Below, piece by piece: positions 46,024 through 58,500 of a DNA stretch of 64,000 nucleotides. Position numbers and translations under genes: made by a program. This stretch comes from an uncultured Chloroflexia bacterium. GTDB lineage: Bacteria > Chloroflexota > Anaerolineae > CG2-30-64-16. Within the stretch, counting starts at the first letter, position 1; each line of letters opens with the position of its first letter. The notes under the pieces were generated by a model. It did no database searches. It was not told the origin of the DNA and worked only from the letters and a program-made list of their open reading frames with translations. The stretch spans positions 352,001 through 416,000 of the forward strand of contig CAWEMM010000012.1 of assembly GCA_963810095.1 (NCBI GenBank), read 5' to 3'.

Positions 46024-46112
46024 AAATGGAGCGCTGATTGAACTGATTCCTACGGTTTCTGACATGAGCCTCATGGGAATCAGTTCAATCAGTTGAACGG
46101 GCGTCCCGTTTC
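46023..46112 (+). repeat. Degenerate copy of the CTGATTGAAC MITE-like element
   Basis: AAATGGAGCGCTGATTGAACTGAT...ATCAGTTCAATCAGTTG..CGTCCCGTTTC. Confidence 0.75.
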
Positions 46113-46119
46113 GTCGCGC

Positions 46120-47106
46120 CTACCAGCGTTGATGGACGTGGGGCTTAATCAGCCGGTTATACACGTCGCGCACGCCCGCCATCGTCGCATCGGACAGCGG
46201 CGGCAGGGCAGCCGCGCCGACATTGTCCTCCGCCTGGCTGGGCCGCTTGGCGCCGGGGATAGTGCAGGTCACTGCATCGAACATCAGGATCCAGCGCAGG
46301 GCGAATTGCGCCATAGTGGCACGCTCGGGCATCAGCGCCCGCAGTTCATCCACCGCCTGCAGCGCAACCTCGTAAGGCACCCCCGAGAAGGTCTCGCCGA
46401 CGTCGAAGGCCTCCCCGTGGCGGTTGAAGTTGCGGTGGTCGTCGGTTGAGAACTGCGAGTCCCGGGTCATCTTGCCGGTCAGCATGCCGCTCGCCAACGG
46501 GACGCGGGCGAGGATGCCCACCTGCCGCGCCTTTGCCTCGGGGAAGAACCGCTCGGAAGGCCGCAGGCGGAACATGTTGAAGATGATTTGCACCGTCTGT
46601 ACGCCGGGGAACTCGATCGCCTTCAGCGCCTCTTCGACTTTCTCCACGCTCACACCGTAGTAGCGGATCTTGCCCTGGCTGACCAGGTCATCGAGAACGC
46701 CAAACACCTCGGGCCGGTAGTAGACCTCGGTCGGCGGGCAATGCAGCTGGACGAGATCCAGGCAGTCCGTCGCGAGGTTCTTCAGACTGCGGTCGATGAA
46801 CGCAGTGAGGTTCTCGCGGTTATAGCCGGCCGAATTATGCGGGTCGAGGCGCCGGCCGGCCTTCGTGGCGACATAGATGGGCTCGCCGCGCCGCTCTCGC
46901 ACCACCTGGCTCACCAACCGCTCGCTGTGCCCGTCGCCGTACACATCCGCCGTATCGATGAAGTTGACGCCCAGGTCGATCACGCGGTGCAGCGCGGCAA
47001 GCGACTCGTCGTCGTCGACCGCACCCCATGCGCTGCCGATGGCCCACGCGCCGAAGCTGACTTCCGATACCTGCCAACCTGTTCGTCCTAAAGGTCGATA
47101 GTTCAT
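46120..47106 (-). CDS. Aldo/keto reductase
   Basis: LGRTG..VS.VSFGAW, DTADVYG, DLVQLH, GKIRYYGVS. Confidence 0.95.
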   Translation of the reverse strand: MNYRPLGRTGWQVSEVSFGAWAIGSAWGAVDDDESLAALHRVIDLGVNFIDTADVYGDGHSERLVSQVVRERRGEPIYVATKAGRRLDPHNSAGYNRENLTAFIDRSLKNLATDCLDLVQLHCPPTEVYYRPEVFGVLDDLVSQGKIRYYGVSVEKVEEALKAIEFPGVQTVQIIFNMFRLRPSERFFPEAKARQVGILARVPLASGMLTGKMTRDSQFSTDDHRNFNRHGEAFDVGETFSGVPYEVALQAVDELRALMPERATMAQFALRWILMFDAVTCTIPGAKRPSQAEDNVGAAALPPLSDATMAGVRDVYNRLIKPHVHQRW

Positions 47107-47117
47107 GATTCCTCCCT

Positions 47118-47195
47118 TTACCAGAAAGACGCCGAGACACGAGGAGTCACGAAGGGCATCGCGCGTTTTCGGCCCTTTTGTGTCCTTACGGCTAA
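47118..47195. repeat. Degenerate CACAAAGA-type element
   Basis: TTACCAGAAAGACGCCGAGACACGAG...CTTTTGTGTCCTTACGGCTAA. Confidence 0.55.
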
Positions 47196-47258
47196 GAATT
47201 TATCCGAGAATGCTCTGGCTGATCTCCGACCGGCAAGAGCAAGATTTCAGATCGACAC

Positions 47259-48662
<1,404 letters not shown>

Positions 48663-48819
48663 TCATGCGCCTTTGAAGGCCATGCGCCCGCACGGTGTCA
48701 TCTTGTCTTCACAGTCACGAGGCTGATAGACCTCACAATGATAACATGGGGCAGGCAGGCAGGCATCTTTGCGAGTGTGCATCTTCGCGCCGCCGGTATT
48801 CTGGGCTATAATGCAGCGC

Positions 48820-50157
48820 ATGTTAACGCACAGTGACCCCGCGACGACGCAGGGAGCCGCCTCCGCCTCACGGCGCTTGCCGCCCACCTTTCGGGCATTG
48901 GCGCACCGCAACTTCAGGCTTTGGTTCGTCGGCCAGGGTATCTCGCTCGTCGGCACCTGGATGCAGACAATGGCCCAACAGGTGCTTGTTTACCAACTGA
49001 CCGGTTCCGCGGCCGCACTCGGCCTCGTCAGCGGCATTGGCCTGATCCCCACCATTCCGTTGGCCCTGTGGGGCGGCTCGCTCGCCGACCGCGTGCCGAA
49101 GCGTACGATCATCGCTGTGGCCCAGAGCGCAATGATGGTCCAGGCCTTCGTCCTGGCGCTCCTGACATGGAGCAGGACGGTCCAGGTCTGGCACGTGTAC
49201 CTGATGGCCGTCCTGCTGGCTGCGGCTCAGGCGATCGACCTGCCTGCCCGGCAGGCGTTCATCGTCGACATGGTCGACGGTAAGGAAGACCTGACGAACG
49301 CCATTGCCCTTAACTCGGCCATCTTCAACGGCGCCCGGGCGCTGGGCCCTGCACTCGCGGGGGCGACCGTGGCCACATTGGGCGTCGCGCCCGCTTTCTT
49401 TCTGAACGGCCTGAGCTTCGTCGCCGTCATCGGCAGCCTGCGTATGATGCGAGGGCTGCCGGCCTTCCGCCGGGCCACGAAAGGGGCTTCGCTGTCCCGC
49501 CATCTCAGTGAAGGCGTGCACTACGTGCTGGCCAGCCGGATGATCCTGTTGCTGATGAGCCTCGTGGCGGTCAGCGCGTTCCTGTCCATGCCCTACAGCA
49601 CCCTGATGCCGGCAGCGGCCGACAGGCTGCTGAAGGAGAGCGCCCAGCCCGTGGTTGCCGCGCTGTGCACCAACCCAGGATCGCCCTTCCGCTGCCAGGC
49701 GCCCGAGGCACTGCCGCTCGGCCTGCTGATGACGGCGGTCGGAATCGGCGCAGTGACGGGTGCGCTGGCCGTCGCCTCGCTTCCCAACAACGCTCGGCGC
49801 GGCCGGCTGCTAACCCTGGGCAACCTTCTGTTTCCCGCGCTGTTGCTGGCGTTTGCAGCCTCGCGCTCCTTTCTGCTCTCGCTGGCGCTGCTGGTCGGCA
49901 TTGGCATGAGCTTCGTGATCCAGAACTCGCTGGCCAACACGTTGATCCAGCTGACGGTTAGCGACGAATTCCGCGGGCGGGTCATGAGTATCTACTCGCT
50001 GACCTTCACATCTGCAATGCGAGCGGGCGGGCTGCAGGCCGGCCTGGTGGCTGACGGGCTCGGTCCTGCGGTCAGCATCGGCATCGGGGCCCTGGCGTCC
50101 CTGGCGTACGGCGCGTTCGTCGCGCTGCGCTATCCTGATTTGAGGCGGATGGCATGA
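48820..50157 (+). CDS. MFS transporter (DUF894/MFS_3 type)
   Basis: ALAHRNFRL...SLVGTWMQ, PARQAF, NAIALNS, RGRVMSIY. Confidence 0.9.
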   Translation: MLTHSDPATTQGAASASRRLPPTFRALAHRNFRLWFVGQGISLVGTWMQTMAQQVLVYQLTGSAAALGLVSGIGLIPTIPLALWGGSLADRVPKRTIIAVAQSAMMVQAFVLALLTWSRTVQVWHVYLMAVLLAAAQAIDLPARQAFIVDMVDGKEDLTNAIALNSAIFNGARALGPALAGATVATLGVAPAFFLNGLSFVAVIGSLRMMRGLPAFRRATKGASLSRHLSEGVHYVLASRMILLLMSLVAVSAFLSMPYSTLMPAAADRLLKESAQPVVAALCTNPGSPFRCQAPEALPLGLLMTAVGIGAVTGALAVASLPNNARRGRLLTLGNLLFPALLLAFAASRSFLLSLALLVGIGMSFVIQNSLANTLIQLTVSDEFRGRVMSIYSLTFTSAMRAGGLQAGLVADGLGPAVSIGIGALASLAYGAFVALRYPDLRRMA

Positions 50158-51260
50158 GGCTATATATCGAACCCACCAACCAGTGCAACCTCGCGTGCCG
50201 AACGTGCCTGCGAAACGCGTGGGATGAGGCGGGCGGCCACATGAGCACCGCAACTTTCGGCCGCGTCCTCGACGGGCTGCGCAAGCTGGCGCCCCCGCCC
50301 CGGCCCGCGCCCGAAGTCTTCTTCGGCGGATACGGCGAGCCCCTCGCCCATCCTGCGATCGTAGAGATGGTGGCAGCGGCAAAGGGCCTCGGCGGTGCAG
50401 TCGAGCTCATCACCAATGGCACGCTGCTCGACGAAAGGATGAGCCGCGCACTGATCGGCGCCGGGCTCGACCGCCTGTGGGTATCGCTGGACGGTGCACA
50501 TGCCGAGAGCTACGCCGACGTGCGGCTGGGCGCGGAGTTGCCCGACGTGCTCGCCAACGTGCAACGGTTCAGACACCTCCGTCCCAGCGGGCACAACCCG
50601 CTGCCGCGCATCGGCGTCTCGTTTGTCGCCATGCGCAGCAACGTGGGCGATTTCCCAGAACTGTTGAGTCTCGCAACTGACCTCGGCGCAGGCGACGTGT
50701 TGGTAACCAACCTGCTGCCTCATACGGCCGATATGCTGGACGAGATTCTGTACCGGCGGGCGCTGAAGGATATCGCGTTCCTTGACTCGCAATGGCTGCC
50801 GACCGTGGGCCTACCGCGCATGGAGGTGGGCGAGGCGAGCGCGCAGACGCTGGTGGCCGCGCTGAACAGCCAGCGCCGAGTGTCGATTGGGGATGTGTCG
50901 CTGGGCGCGGCGACCGACCGCTGTCCCTTCATCACCCGTGCCGCTGCCGCAGTGGGGTGGGATGGACGCTTCAGTCCGTGCCTGCCCCTGCTCTACGACC
51001 AGCACTCCTACCTGCACGGGCGGCCACGACATGCGCGGCATTACACGGTTGGAAACGTCAACCAACGCGGGCTGGACGAGTTGTGGGACAACCCCGAGCA
51101 CACGCGGTTCCGGAGCCTGGTGACCGAGTTCCGGTTCTCGCCCTGCGCCGCCTGTGGCGGATGCGAAAACTCGGCGGGCAACCTACAGGATTGCACGGGC
51201 AACACTTTCCCAACCTGCGGCGGCTGCCTCTGGGCGCAGGGCATCATCCGTTGTCCGTGA
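50154..51260 (+). CDS. Radical SAM/SPASM protein resembling tungsten-cofactor oxidoreductase maturases
   Basis: CNLACRTC, GYGEPL, and a SPASM region CPF...SPC...CAACGGC...DC...CGGCLWAQGIIRCP. Confidence 0.85.
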   Translation: MRLYIEPTNQCNLACRTCLRNAWDEAGGHMSTATFGRVLDGLRKLAPPPRPAPEVFFGGYGEPLAHPAIVEMVAAAKGLGGAVELITNGTLLDERMSRALIGAGLDRLWVSLDGAHAESYADVRLGAELPDVLANVQRFRHLRPSGHNPLPRIGVSFVAMRSNVGDFPELLSLATDLGAGDVLVTNLLPHTADMLDEILYRRALKDIAFLDSQWLPTVGLPRMEVGEASAQTLVAALNSQRRVSIGDVSLGAATDRCPFITRAAAAVGWDGRFSPCLPLLYDQHSYLHGRPRHARHYTVGNVNQRGLDELWDNPEHTRFRSLVTEFRFSPCAACGGCENSAGNLQDCTGNTFPTCGGCLWAQGIIRCP

Positions 51261-52294
51261 GCGCGCCGGCCGGCGTCGAGATCCCCGCGCTTGGCCGCGT
51301 CGAGCCAGGGGGTGGGCTTGTGCTCAGAGCCGCCACTTCTGACGGTCGGTTTCGTGCGGGCGTGGACGGCGTGGCGTCGATCCACTCGACCGGCGACGGC
51401 AAGGTTGAGTTGGTCGCGTTTCAGGGTGGGGGAAACGCGCATACCCTCGCGCATGTCACATCCTCGCTCGGCTACCCTGCCTACTATCCGCTGCATCCCG
51501 TCGCACTGCAGCGTCCCGTCAAGGCCGTACTGATGGACCTCGACGGCACCAGCGTGCACAGCGAACCGTTCTGGATCTGGATCATCGAGCAGACGACCGC
51601 AAGCCTCCTGGGCCATCCGGACTTCCGGCTCGAGCCGGCCGACCAGCCCTACGTCTCGGGCCACAGCGTTTCCGAGCACCTGCAGTATTGCATCGCCAAG
51701 TACTGCCCGAGCGCGACGATCGAGGAGGCGCGCGCGTACTACTTCGAGCACACCCAGCGCGAAATGCGCTGGATCCTGGAGGGCCGGGGCCGGTCGAACG
51801 CTTTCGTGCCTGCACCGGGGTTGAAGGAGTTTCTGCTCGGGCTGAAGGAACGGGGCATCAAGATTGCGCTGGTCACGTCGGGGCTTTACGAGAAGGCGTA
51901 TCCCGAAATTCTGGCCGCGTTCCGGACGCTGGGGCTGGGCGAACCAAGCGCCTTCTACGATGCGATTATCACGGCCGGCTTCCCGCTGCGACGCGGCTCG
52001 GTGGGGACCCTGGGCGAACTGTCGCCCAAGCCCCATCCGTGGCTCTATGCGGAGGCGGCGCGGGTAGGGCTGGGCATCTCATTCGACGAACGCGAGTCGG
52101 TCGTCGGCATCGAGGATTCCGGCGCGGGGGTGTGCGCGATCCGGCTCGCAGGCTTCGTCACCGTCGGCCTGACGAGCGGGAACATCCGGGAGAGCGGGAC
52201 GGCGGCGCTGTGCAACTACCTGGCGGACGACCTGGCCGGCGTGCTGCAGCGTCTGGATGCGGCCGGCGAGACGTCGCCGCAGACGAGGGGGTGA
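51257..52294 (+). CDS. HAD family hydrolase with an N-terminal extension
   Basis: MDLDGT, LVTSG, KPHP, IEDS..G. GTGA overlap with the radical SAM stop. Confidence 0.85.
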   Translation: MSAPAGVEIPALGRVEPGGGLVLRAATSDGRFRAGVDGVASIHSTGDGKVELVAFQGGGNAHTLAHVTSSLGYPAYYPLHPVALQRPVKAVLMDLDGTSVHSEPFWIWIIEQTTASLLGHPDFRLEPADQPYVSGHSVSEHLQYCIAKYCPSATIEEARAYYFEHTQREMRWILEGRGRSNAFVPAPGLKEFLLGLKERGIKIALVTSGLYEKAYPEILAAFRTLGLGEPSAFYDAIITAGFPLRRGSVGTLGELSPKPHPWLYAEAARVGLGISFDERESVVGIEDSGAGVCAIRLAGFVTVGLTSGNIRESGTAALCNYLADDLAGVLQRLDAAGETSPQTRG

Positions 52295-52388
52295 GCAGCA
52301 GGCGTTTTGGCGTGCGCCGTCGCCGGGCGCAATTCCTCATCCCACTGCGACCATCCCTGCCACACCTTTACCGGCGATAGGAGGAAGC

Positions 52389-53387
52389 ATGAGCTTCTGG
52401 TCGACCCTCATCGGCGAGAACACCTTCCGCCCCGAAGACGTACCCCCCTTCGAGGCCAAGCTGTTCTTCGAAGGCGCCACCGCACGGCGCAAATTCGAGC
52501 AGTTCGGCATCCTGCTCTTTCTCGCTACGGTCATCGCCACTGCCGGCATCGTCTCTAATAGCACCGCGACGGTCATCGGGGCCATGATTGTCGCGCCCCT
52601 GATGACGCCCATCATGGCGACGACCGCCGCGCTCACGATGGGCCAGGTCGGCCGGGCGAGCCGGGCGCTGCTGCTGGTCGGCATCGGAGTCGTCACCGTG
52701 ATCGCGCTGGCCGCCCTGCTCGGTTGGCTCTATAGCGGCGTGATCGACTTCTCGAACAACCTGCAGATCACCGGCCGGGTCTCGCCCACCATGGTCGATC
52801 TGATCGCCGCGCTGGCCTCGGGCGCGGCGGGCGCCTACTGCATGAGCCGGGAGGATATCTCTGACTCGCTGGCGGGCGTAGCAATCGCCATTTCCCTCGT
52901 CCCGCCGCTGTGCGTGGTCGGCCTCAGCCTGCAGGCGGGCCGCATGGATGAGGCGGCCGGCTCGCTGCTCCTGTTTGTCACCAACTTCCTGGCCATCCTG
53001 CTGGCCGGCGGCGCGGTGCTGGCGATCCTCGGCCTCAGCAAAGCTGCGAATGCGCGCATCGCGGGGCCGGCGCGGCGCAACGCCTATACTGCCATCGCGT
53101 TGGCGACGCTGGTCGTCTGTGTGCCCCTCGCCACGACGGGCCGCCAGGCCACTGCGGCCTTCTTTGGTCAGCAGCAGAGCAAGGCGGTAGTCGACGCCTG
53201 GGTTGCCGGCAGCGGCTATGTGAACGAGGCAGTGGTCTACAACGGGGACAAGGTTAGGGTCGTCATCACGGGTGCCGGCGAGCCTCCGCCGTTTGACGGC
53301 CTCGTCAGCGCCCTGCGCACCCGGCTGCGGCAGCCGGTGGCAGTGACGCTCAAGATCGTGCCGGCCGAGGAATTTGTCAGTCCCTAG
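52389..53387 (+). CDS. DUF389/TIGR00341 family membrane protein
   Basis: TVIGAMIVAPLMTPI, GVAIAISLVPPL, LLFVTN. Confidence 0.9.
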   Translation: MSFWSTLIGENTFRPEDVPPFEAKLFFEGATARRKFEQFGILLFLATVIATAGIVSNSTATVIGAMIVAPLMTPIMATTAALTMGQVGRASRALLLVGIGVVTVIALAALLGWLYSGVIDFSNNLQITGRVSPTMVDLIAALASGAAGAYCMSREDISDSLAGVAIAISLVPPLCVVGLSLQAGRMDEAAGSLLLFVTNFLAILLAGGAVLAILGLSKAANARIAGPARRNAYTAIALATLVVCVPLATTGRQATAAFFGQQQSKAVVDAWVAGSGYVNEAVVYNGDKVRVVITGAGEPPPFDGLVSALRTRLRQPVAVTLKIVPAEEFVSP

Positions 53388-53408
53388 CGCGGACACGCCT
53401 ACGCCGCC

Positions 53409-53522
53409 GGACAACGCGGGGTGAAATGGGACACTGATTGAACGGACTCGACTGATCAGCACGGTCTTTTTACGAAGGACAGTGCTGATCAGTTCAATCA
53501 GTTGCATCAGCGTCCCATTTCA
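53409..53522 (+). repeat. MITE-like palindromic element (101-bp core, 11-bp TIRs)
   Basis: TGAAATGGGAC at 53422 and GTCCCATTTCA ending at 53522. Confidence 0.85.
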
Positions 53523-53572
53523 GATCCGTTTAGTTCCTGAATACCTAGCACTTCGTCATGATCGGGCGCCGG

Positions 53573-55157
53573 CTATTCGCGGTAGTGCGCGCCCATGCTC
53601 GACTTGTTTTCCCACGCAGCCTGGGCCACGATCAGCGCCGTATGCACCGCGTGCCGCAGCCCGATCAGCTCGTCGGTCAACTTGCTGCGCCGGTAGAAGT
53701 GCAGGATTTCCCCTTCCAGGTGCCGCAGCTCGCTGAGCGCGCGGTTCAAACGCGGGGTCGTGCGGATCAGGCCCACGTAGTTCCACATGATATGCTTGAT
53801 CGCGCTCATGTCCTGCTGGATCAAGGCCGGGTCGGGCGACTCAGACGCGGTGTCCTGCCAGGCCGGGATGTCGTCGGCCGGATAGCGCCCGGAAGGCTGA
53901 CGCCCGTTCGGGGCCAGGCAGCGCCCGATGTCCTCCGCCGCTCGGCGTCCCCACACCAACCCTTCGAGCAACGATGTGCTCGCCAGCCGGTTTGCGCCGT
54001 GGAGCCCCGTGCAGGAGACCTCGCCGACCGCATACAAGTTCTCGCAGCGTGGTCCGGCCCCATTCATCCGTCCATACTCCGCCGCAGGAATAGTGCGCGG
54101 CCGGAACGACCGGGACAAGGTCGCGCGTGATGTCGATGCCATACTCCCGACAGCTCTCGGCAATGGTCGGGAAGTGCGTGAGGATTTCGGCGCGCGCGAT
54201 ATACGAACGGAGGTCGAGATAGACGTGCGTCAGCCCCTTCGACAGCATCTCCCGATGGATGCTGCGTGCCACGATGTCGCGGGGCGCCAGGTCCTTCCAC
54301 TCCGGCGCATACCGCTGCATGAACGGCTCGCCCGTTGCGCTTACCAGCTTGGCGCCCGCCCCGCGCACCGCCTCGGAGATCAGGAAGTTGGGCGCACCTT
54401 CCTTGTGGAATGTTGTGGGGTGAAACTGGATGAACTCCATATTGATGATCCGTGCGCCCGCGTTCCACGCCATCGCGACCCCGTCGCCGCGCGAACCGAC
54501 GGGGTTGGACGTGCGAAGGAAGATTTGCCCGAGGCCGCCGGTCGCCAACACCGTCTTGTTGGCCAGGATGCGCTTCACCTGGCCGGATTCCCCGTCATAG
54601 AGGTAGGCCCCCACACACGCCCGCGGTTCATAGACGCACAGTCGATTCAAAGCGTGGTGCGATGGGGTGAGCAGGTCGACCGCGGTGTGGCCGGTCAGGA
54701 GCGTGATGTTGGGATGGCTGGCCAGCGCCCGCGCCAGGCACACCTCGATTGCCTCGCCCGTGTGATCCGCGACATGCAAGATGCGGGGCAGCGTGTGGCC
54801 GCCTTCGCGCGCGAGTGAATACGCGCCGTCCGGGTTACGGTCGAACTGCACGCCGGCACGCTCGATCAGCACGTCCTCGACGGCGGCAGGCCCCTCCTCC
54901 GAGAGCAGCCGGACCGCCGGTGGGTAGCTGTGGCCGGCGCCGGCCCGCAGGATGTCCTCGGCCAACGCTTCCGGGCTGTCGTCGACGCCCTTATAGATGA
55001 TGCCGCCCTGGGCGTAGTAACTGTTGCTTTCCTGCGGCTCTTCCGCCCGGGTCGCGACGAGCACGTGCGCGCCCTTGTCGGCCAAGCCGAGCGCAGCCGT
55101 GGCGCCGGCAATCCCGGAGCCGAGGACGAGGACATCGGTTTCGATCAGTTCAGGCAT
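53573..55157 (-). CDS. nadB: L-aspartate oxidase (frameshift near 54045)
   Basis: GSGIAG, SYYAQGGI, REGGH..RILH, QFHPT, SEAVRG, HYSCGG, GLHGANRLASTSLLEG. Confidence 0.94.
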
Positions 55158-55536
55158 GCTTCGCCTCTTTGCAGTCTTTCAACACAAAGGCACAAAGACA
55201 CGACGAAAACAGGATGTCTTTGTGCCCTCGTGTCTTTGTGCTAAAACGGGCCTACCGCGAGTTCAGCGCGCGATTCGATCAGTTCAGGCGTGCTTCGCCT
55301 CTTTGCACTCTCTCAACACAAAGGCACAAAGACCGACGAAAACAGGATGTCTTTGTGCCCTGGTGTCTTTGTGCTAAAACGGGCCTACCGCGAGTTCAGC
55401 GCGATTCGATCAGTTCAGGCGTGCTTCGCCTCTTTGCACTCTCTCAACACAAAGGCACAAAGACCGACGAAAACAGGATGTCTTTGTGCCCTGGTGTCTT
55501 TGTGTTGAAACGGGCCTACCTTGCGTTCATCGCGCG
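55140..55536. repeat. Tandem triplication (about 131-134 bp units) of the xdh-nadB junction
   Basis: Units start at 55140, 55274 and 55405. Each contains the nadB 5' end, a CACAAAG hairpin and a copy of the upstream gene's 3' end. Confidence 0.92.
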
Positions 55537-58500
55537 CCAGACGCGTTCGGGTGTGGCCGGGATCTGGTACAGCGGCGCGCCGACAGCATCGTAGATGGCG
55601 TTAGCGATCGCCGGCGCCACCCCGTCCATCGGCACCTCGCCCACCGCCTTAACGCCGAACGGATGCGTCGGCTCGATCGTCTGGATGAACTCCGTGACGA
55701 TCTCGGGCATTTCGTCGGCAGTGAAGATGTGATAATCCCGCAGGTCGCGCATGATTGGCCGACCCGCCGCATCGAACGGCATTTCCTCGGTCAAGGCGTA
55801 GCCCAACTGCTGGGTCACCGCGCCCTCCACCTGGCCCGTGGCCGTGACGGGGTTGACGATGACGCCCGAGTCCTGCACGGTGACGATCCGCTCAACCCGC
55901 ACCTCGCCCGTCTGCGTATCCACGATGACCTCGGCGAACTGCGCGGTGAACGGCGGCGGCGAGACCGGGGAGTTGAACGAGGCAACTGCCATGATCTGGC
56001 GCTGGTTCGAGGAGTGCAGTGAACGCAAGGCGATCTGTTCGAGCGTCACGCTGCGGCCATCCGGTGCGAACGCCTTACGGTCCGCCAGGCGGACGTCGTC
56101 GGGCGAGACTTCGTCGCCCAGGAACTCGACCGCGACCTCGCGGATCATCTCCGCCACCTGTTGGGCCGCCCGCGTTGCCGCCGCACCCGAGATGAAGGTC
56201 GTCGAAGAGGCGTACGCCCCCACGTCAAACGGAGTAAAGTCCGTATCTGATGAGTAGACGATGATGTCGTCTACCTCGCAGCCAACGGTCTCGGCTACCA
56301 TCTGTGCCAGCACCGTGTCTGACCCCGTACCGATGTCGGTCGCACCGATCAGCAGGTTGAAGGAGCCGTCATCGTTCATCTTGAGCGACGCGCCGCCCAT
56401 GTCGATGTAAGGGATGGCGGTGCCCTGCATGGCCAGGGCCACTCCTAACCCCCGGCGCAGGTGGGGCATGCCCGGCACGGTTCGCCAGTCGTTGCCCGCG
56501 CGCTTCTCGGCCCAACCGACGATCTCCGCACCCCGGCGGGCGGCTTCCTCCAGCGCGCACGTCTCGATGTACTCGGGATGCGGCTCACGGCCCTCGGACC
56601 ACGCCTTCGAGAACGGCTGCGGCTCGCCCGCGCGCACCGCGTTCTTCAGCCGAAACTCGATCGGGTCCAAGTCGAGTGCGCGCGCGATGCGCTCCATCTG
56701 CGTGTCCACGGGGAAGTAACCCTGTGGCACGCCGTAGCCCCGGAAGGCCCCGGCGGGCACGGTGTTCGTGTATACGGTGTCGGCCACGAAGCGGATGTTC
56801 GGACTCGTGCGGTACGGCCCGTCCCCCACATAGAGCGCCATCGACTTGTGCCCCGTGTTGCCCGCGACCGTCAGGGCGTGTGAGCCGTACGCGCCGGTGT
56901 CCGAGATCAGGTACATTTCGTTCGCGGTGACCGTGCCGTCTTCCTTGACGCCCGTCTTCACCCGCACATACATCGGGTGGCGCGACCGCGAGGCGATGAA
57001 TTCCTCCTCGCGGCTGTACTCCAGCCGCACGGGGCGGCCGGTGGCGATGGTCAGGTGGCCGGCCGCGTCCTCGATCATCACTTCCTGCTTGCCGCCGAAC
57101 CCGCCGCCGACCCGCGGCTTAATCACCCGAATACGCTTCACCGGCAGGCCGAGGATGGGAGCCAGGATGCGGCGAGCGTGGAACGGAACCTGCGTGGAGG
57201 TGCGGACGACCAACCGGTCGTCTTCATCCCAGTAGGTGACCACGACGTGCGGCTCGATATGAACATGCTGGACCTTCGGGACGAAATATTCGCCCTCAAA
57301 GATATGGTCAGCCTCGGCAAAGCCCTGGTCCACGTCGCCGATGTCCACATGGATATGTGCGGCGACGTTGCGGGCGCGGTCCGACTCCGCGAACTCGACA
57401 AAGTCGTCCTCGTCATGGATCAGGGGCGCACCCGGCTTCATCGCATCGCGAGCGTCGATAATGGCCGGCAGTTCCTCGTACTCGACCTCGATCAGATCGA
57501 GTGCCTGCTGTGCGATCTCCTCCGTCTCCGCCGCCACCAGCGCAACCCGGTCGCCCACAAAGCGCACTTTTGAGTCCAGGGAAAAGGTATCGAGGGGCGA
57601 AGGGAGCGGATGTGTCTGGCCTGCAGTCGAGTGGGCCACCCGAGGGATGTCCCGGTAGGTCAGCACCGCGGCAACGCCGGGCAGCGCCCGGGCCTTCGTC
57701 ACGTCGATGGACTTGATGCGGGCGTGTGCGACGGGGCTGTGCAGGATTTTGCCCACCAGCAGGCCGCGCAGCTCGATATCGTCGACAAAGGCCGGCTTGC
57801 CCTGCGCCAGCTTCACCGCGTCGACCTTCTGTGCCGGCTTGCCAACGACGCGCAGCTCCGAGGGCTCATGGGTCACGAGAATGACCGGCGTCTCGGTCAG
57901 CGTGTTGAGGTCCGTATCCGCCGGCCCCACAGGGTCGCGGCCCGAGCGGTGCGGCGCTGGCGGCTCATCCAACCGGAAGTCGACCGGGATCCCGCCCTCT
58001 GGTTCGCCGCCTCCGGTCGCGGGGCTGACGTGCGAGGGCTGGGGCGGAACTTCCTCGCCGCGCAGCCGTGCGGCCGCGGCGAGGACCGCCTGCACCGGCT
58101 TGAGGTAGCCCGTGCAGCGGCACAGCACGCCCGACAGTGCCTCGCGCACTTCCTGCTCGCTCACCGGCTGAGCCGTCCCATCGGCGTAGCCCTTGCTGAC
58201 CAGGAGCGCTTGGGCCGCCAGGAGCTGCGCCGGGGTGCAGTAACCACATTGCACGGCGCCCGCCTCGATGAACGCTTGCTGCAGCGGGTGCAAGCCCGGC
58301 GTCCTCTTCCAGCCCTGCTCAGCAACCTGCCCCAGCCCTTCGATCGTCTGGATCGAGTGGCCGGCCGCTTGCGGCAAGAGCAGGTGGCACGAATTGACCT
58401 GCTCACCGTCGAACAGGACGGCGCATGCACCGCACTCGCCGTGATCGCAGCCGTGCTTGACGCTCAGGAAGCCAGCCGCTCGCAGCGCGTCCAGTAACGT

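Noticed and set aside
50154-51260. Radical SAM RiPP maturase with a precursor peptide
   Set aside because: No RRE domain or plausible small precursor ORF was seen. The C-terminal motif fits the tungsten-enzyme maturase type better.
55140-55536. CRISPR array
   Set aside because: The units are about 132 bp and nearly identical throughout, with no unique spacers and no cas genes.
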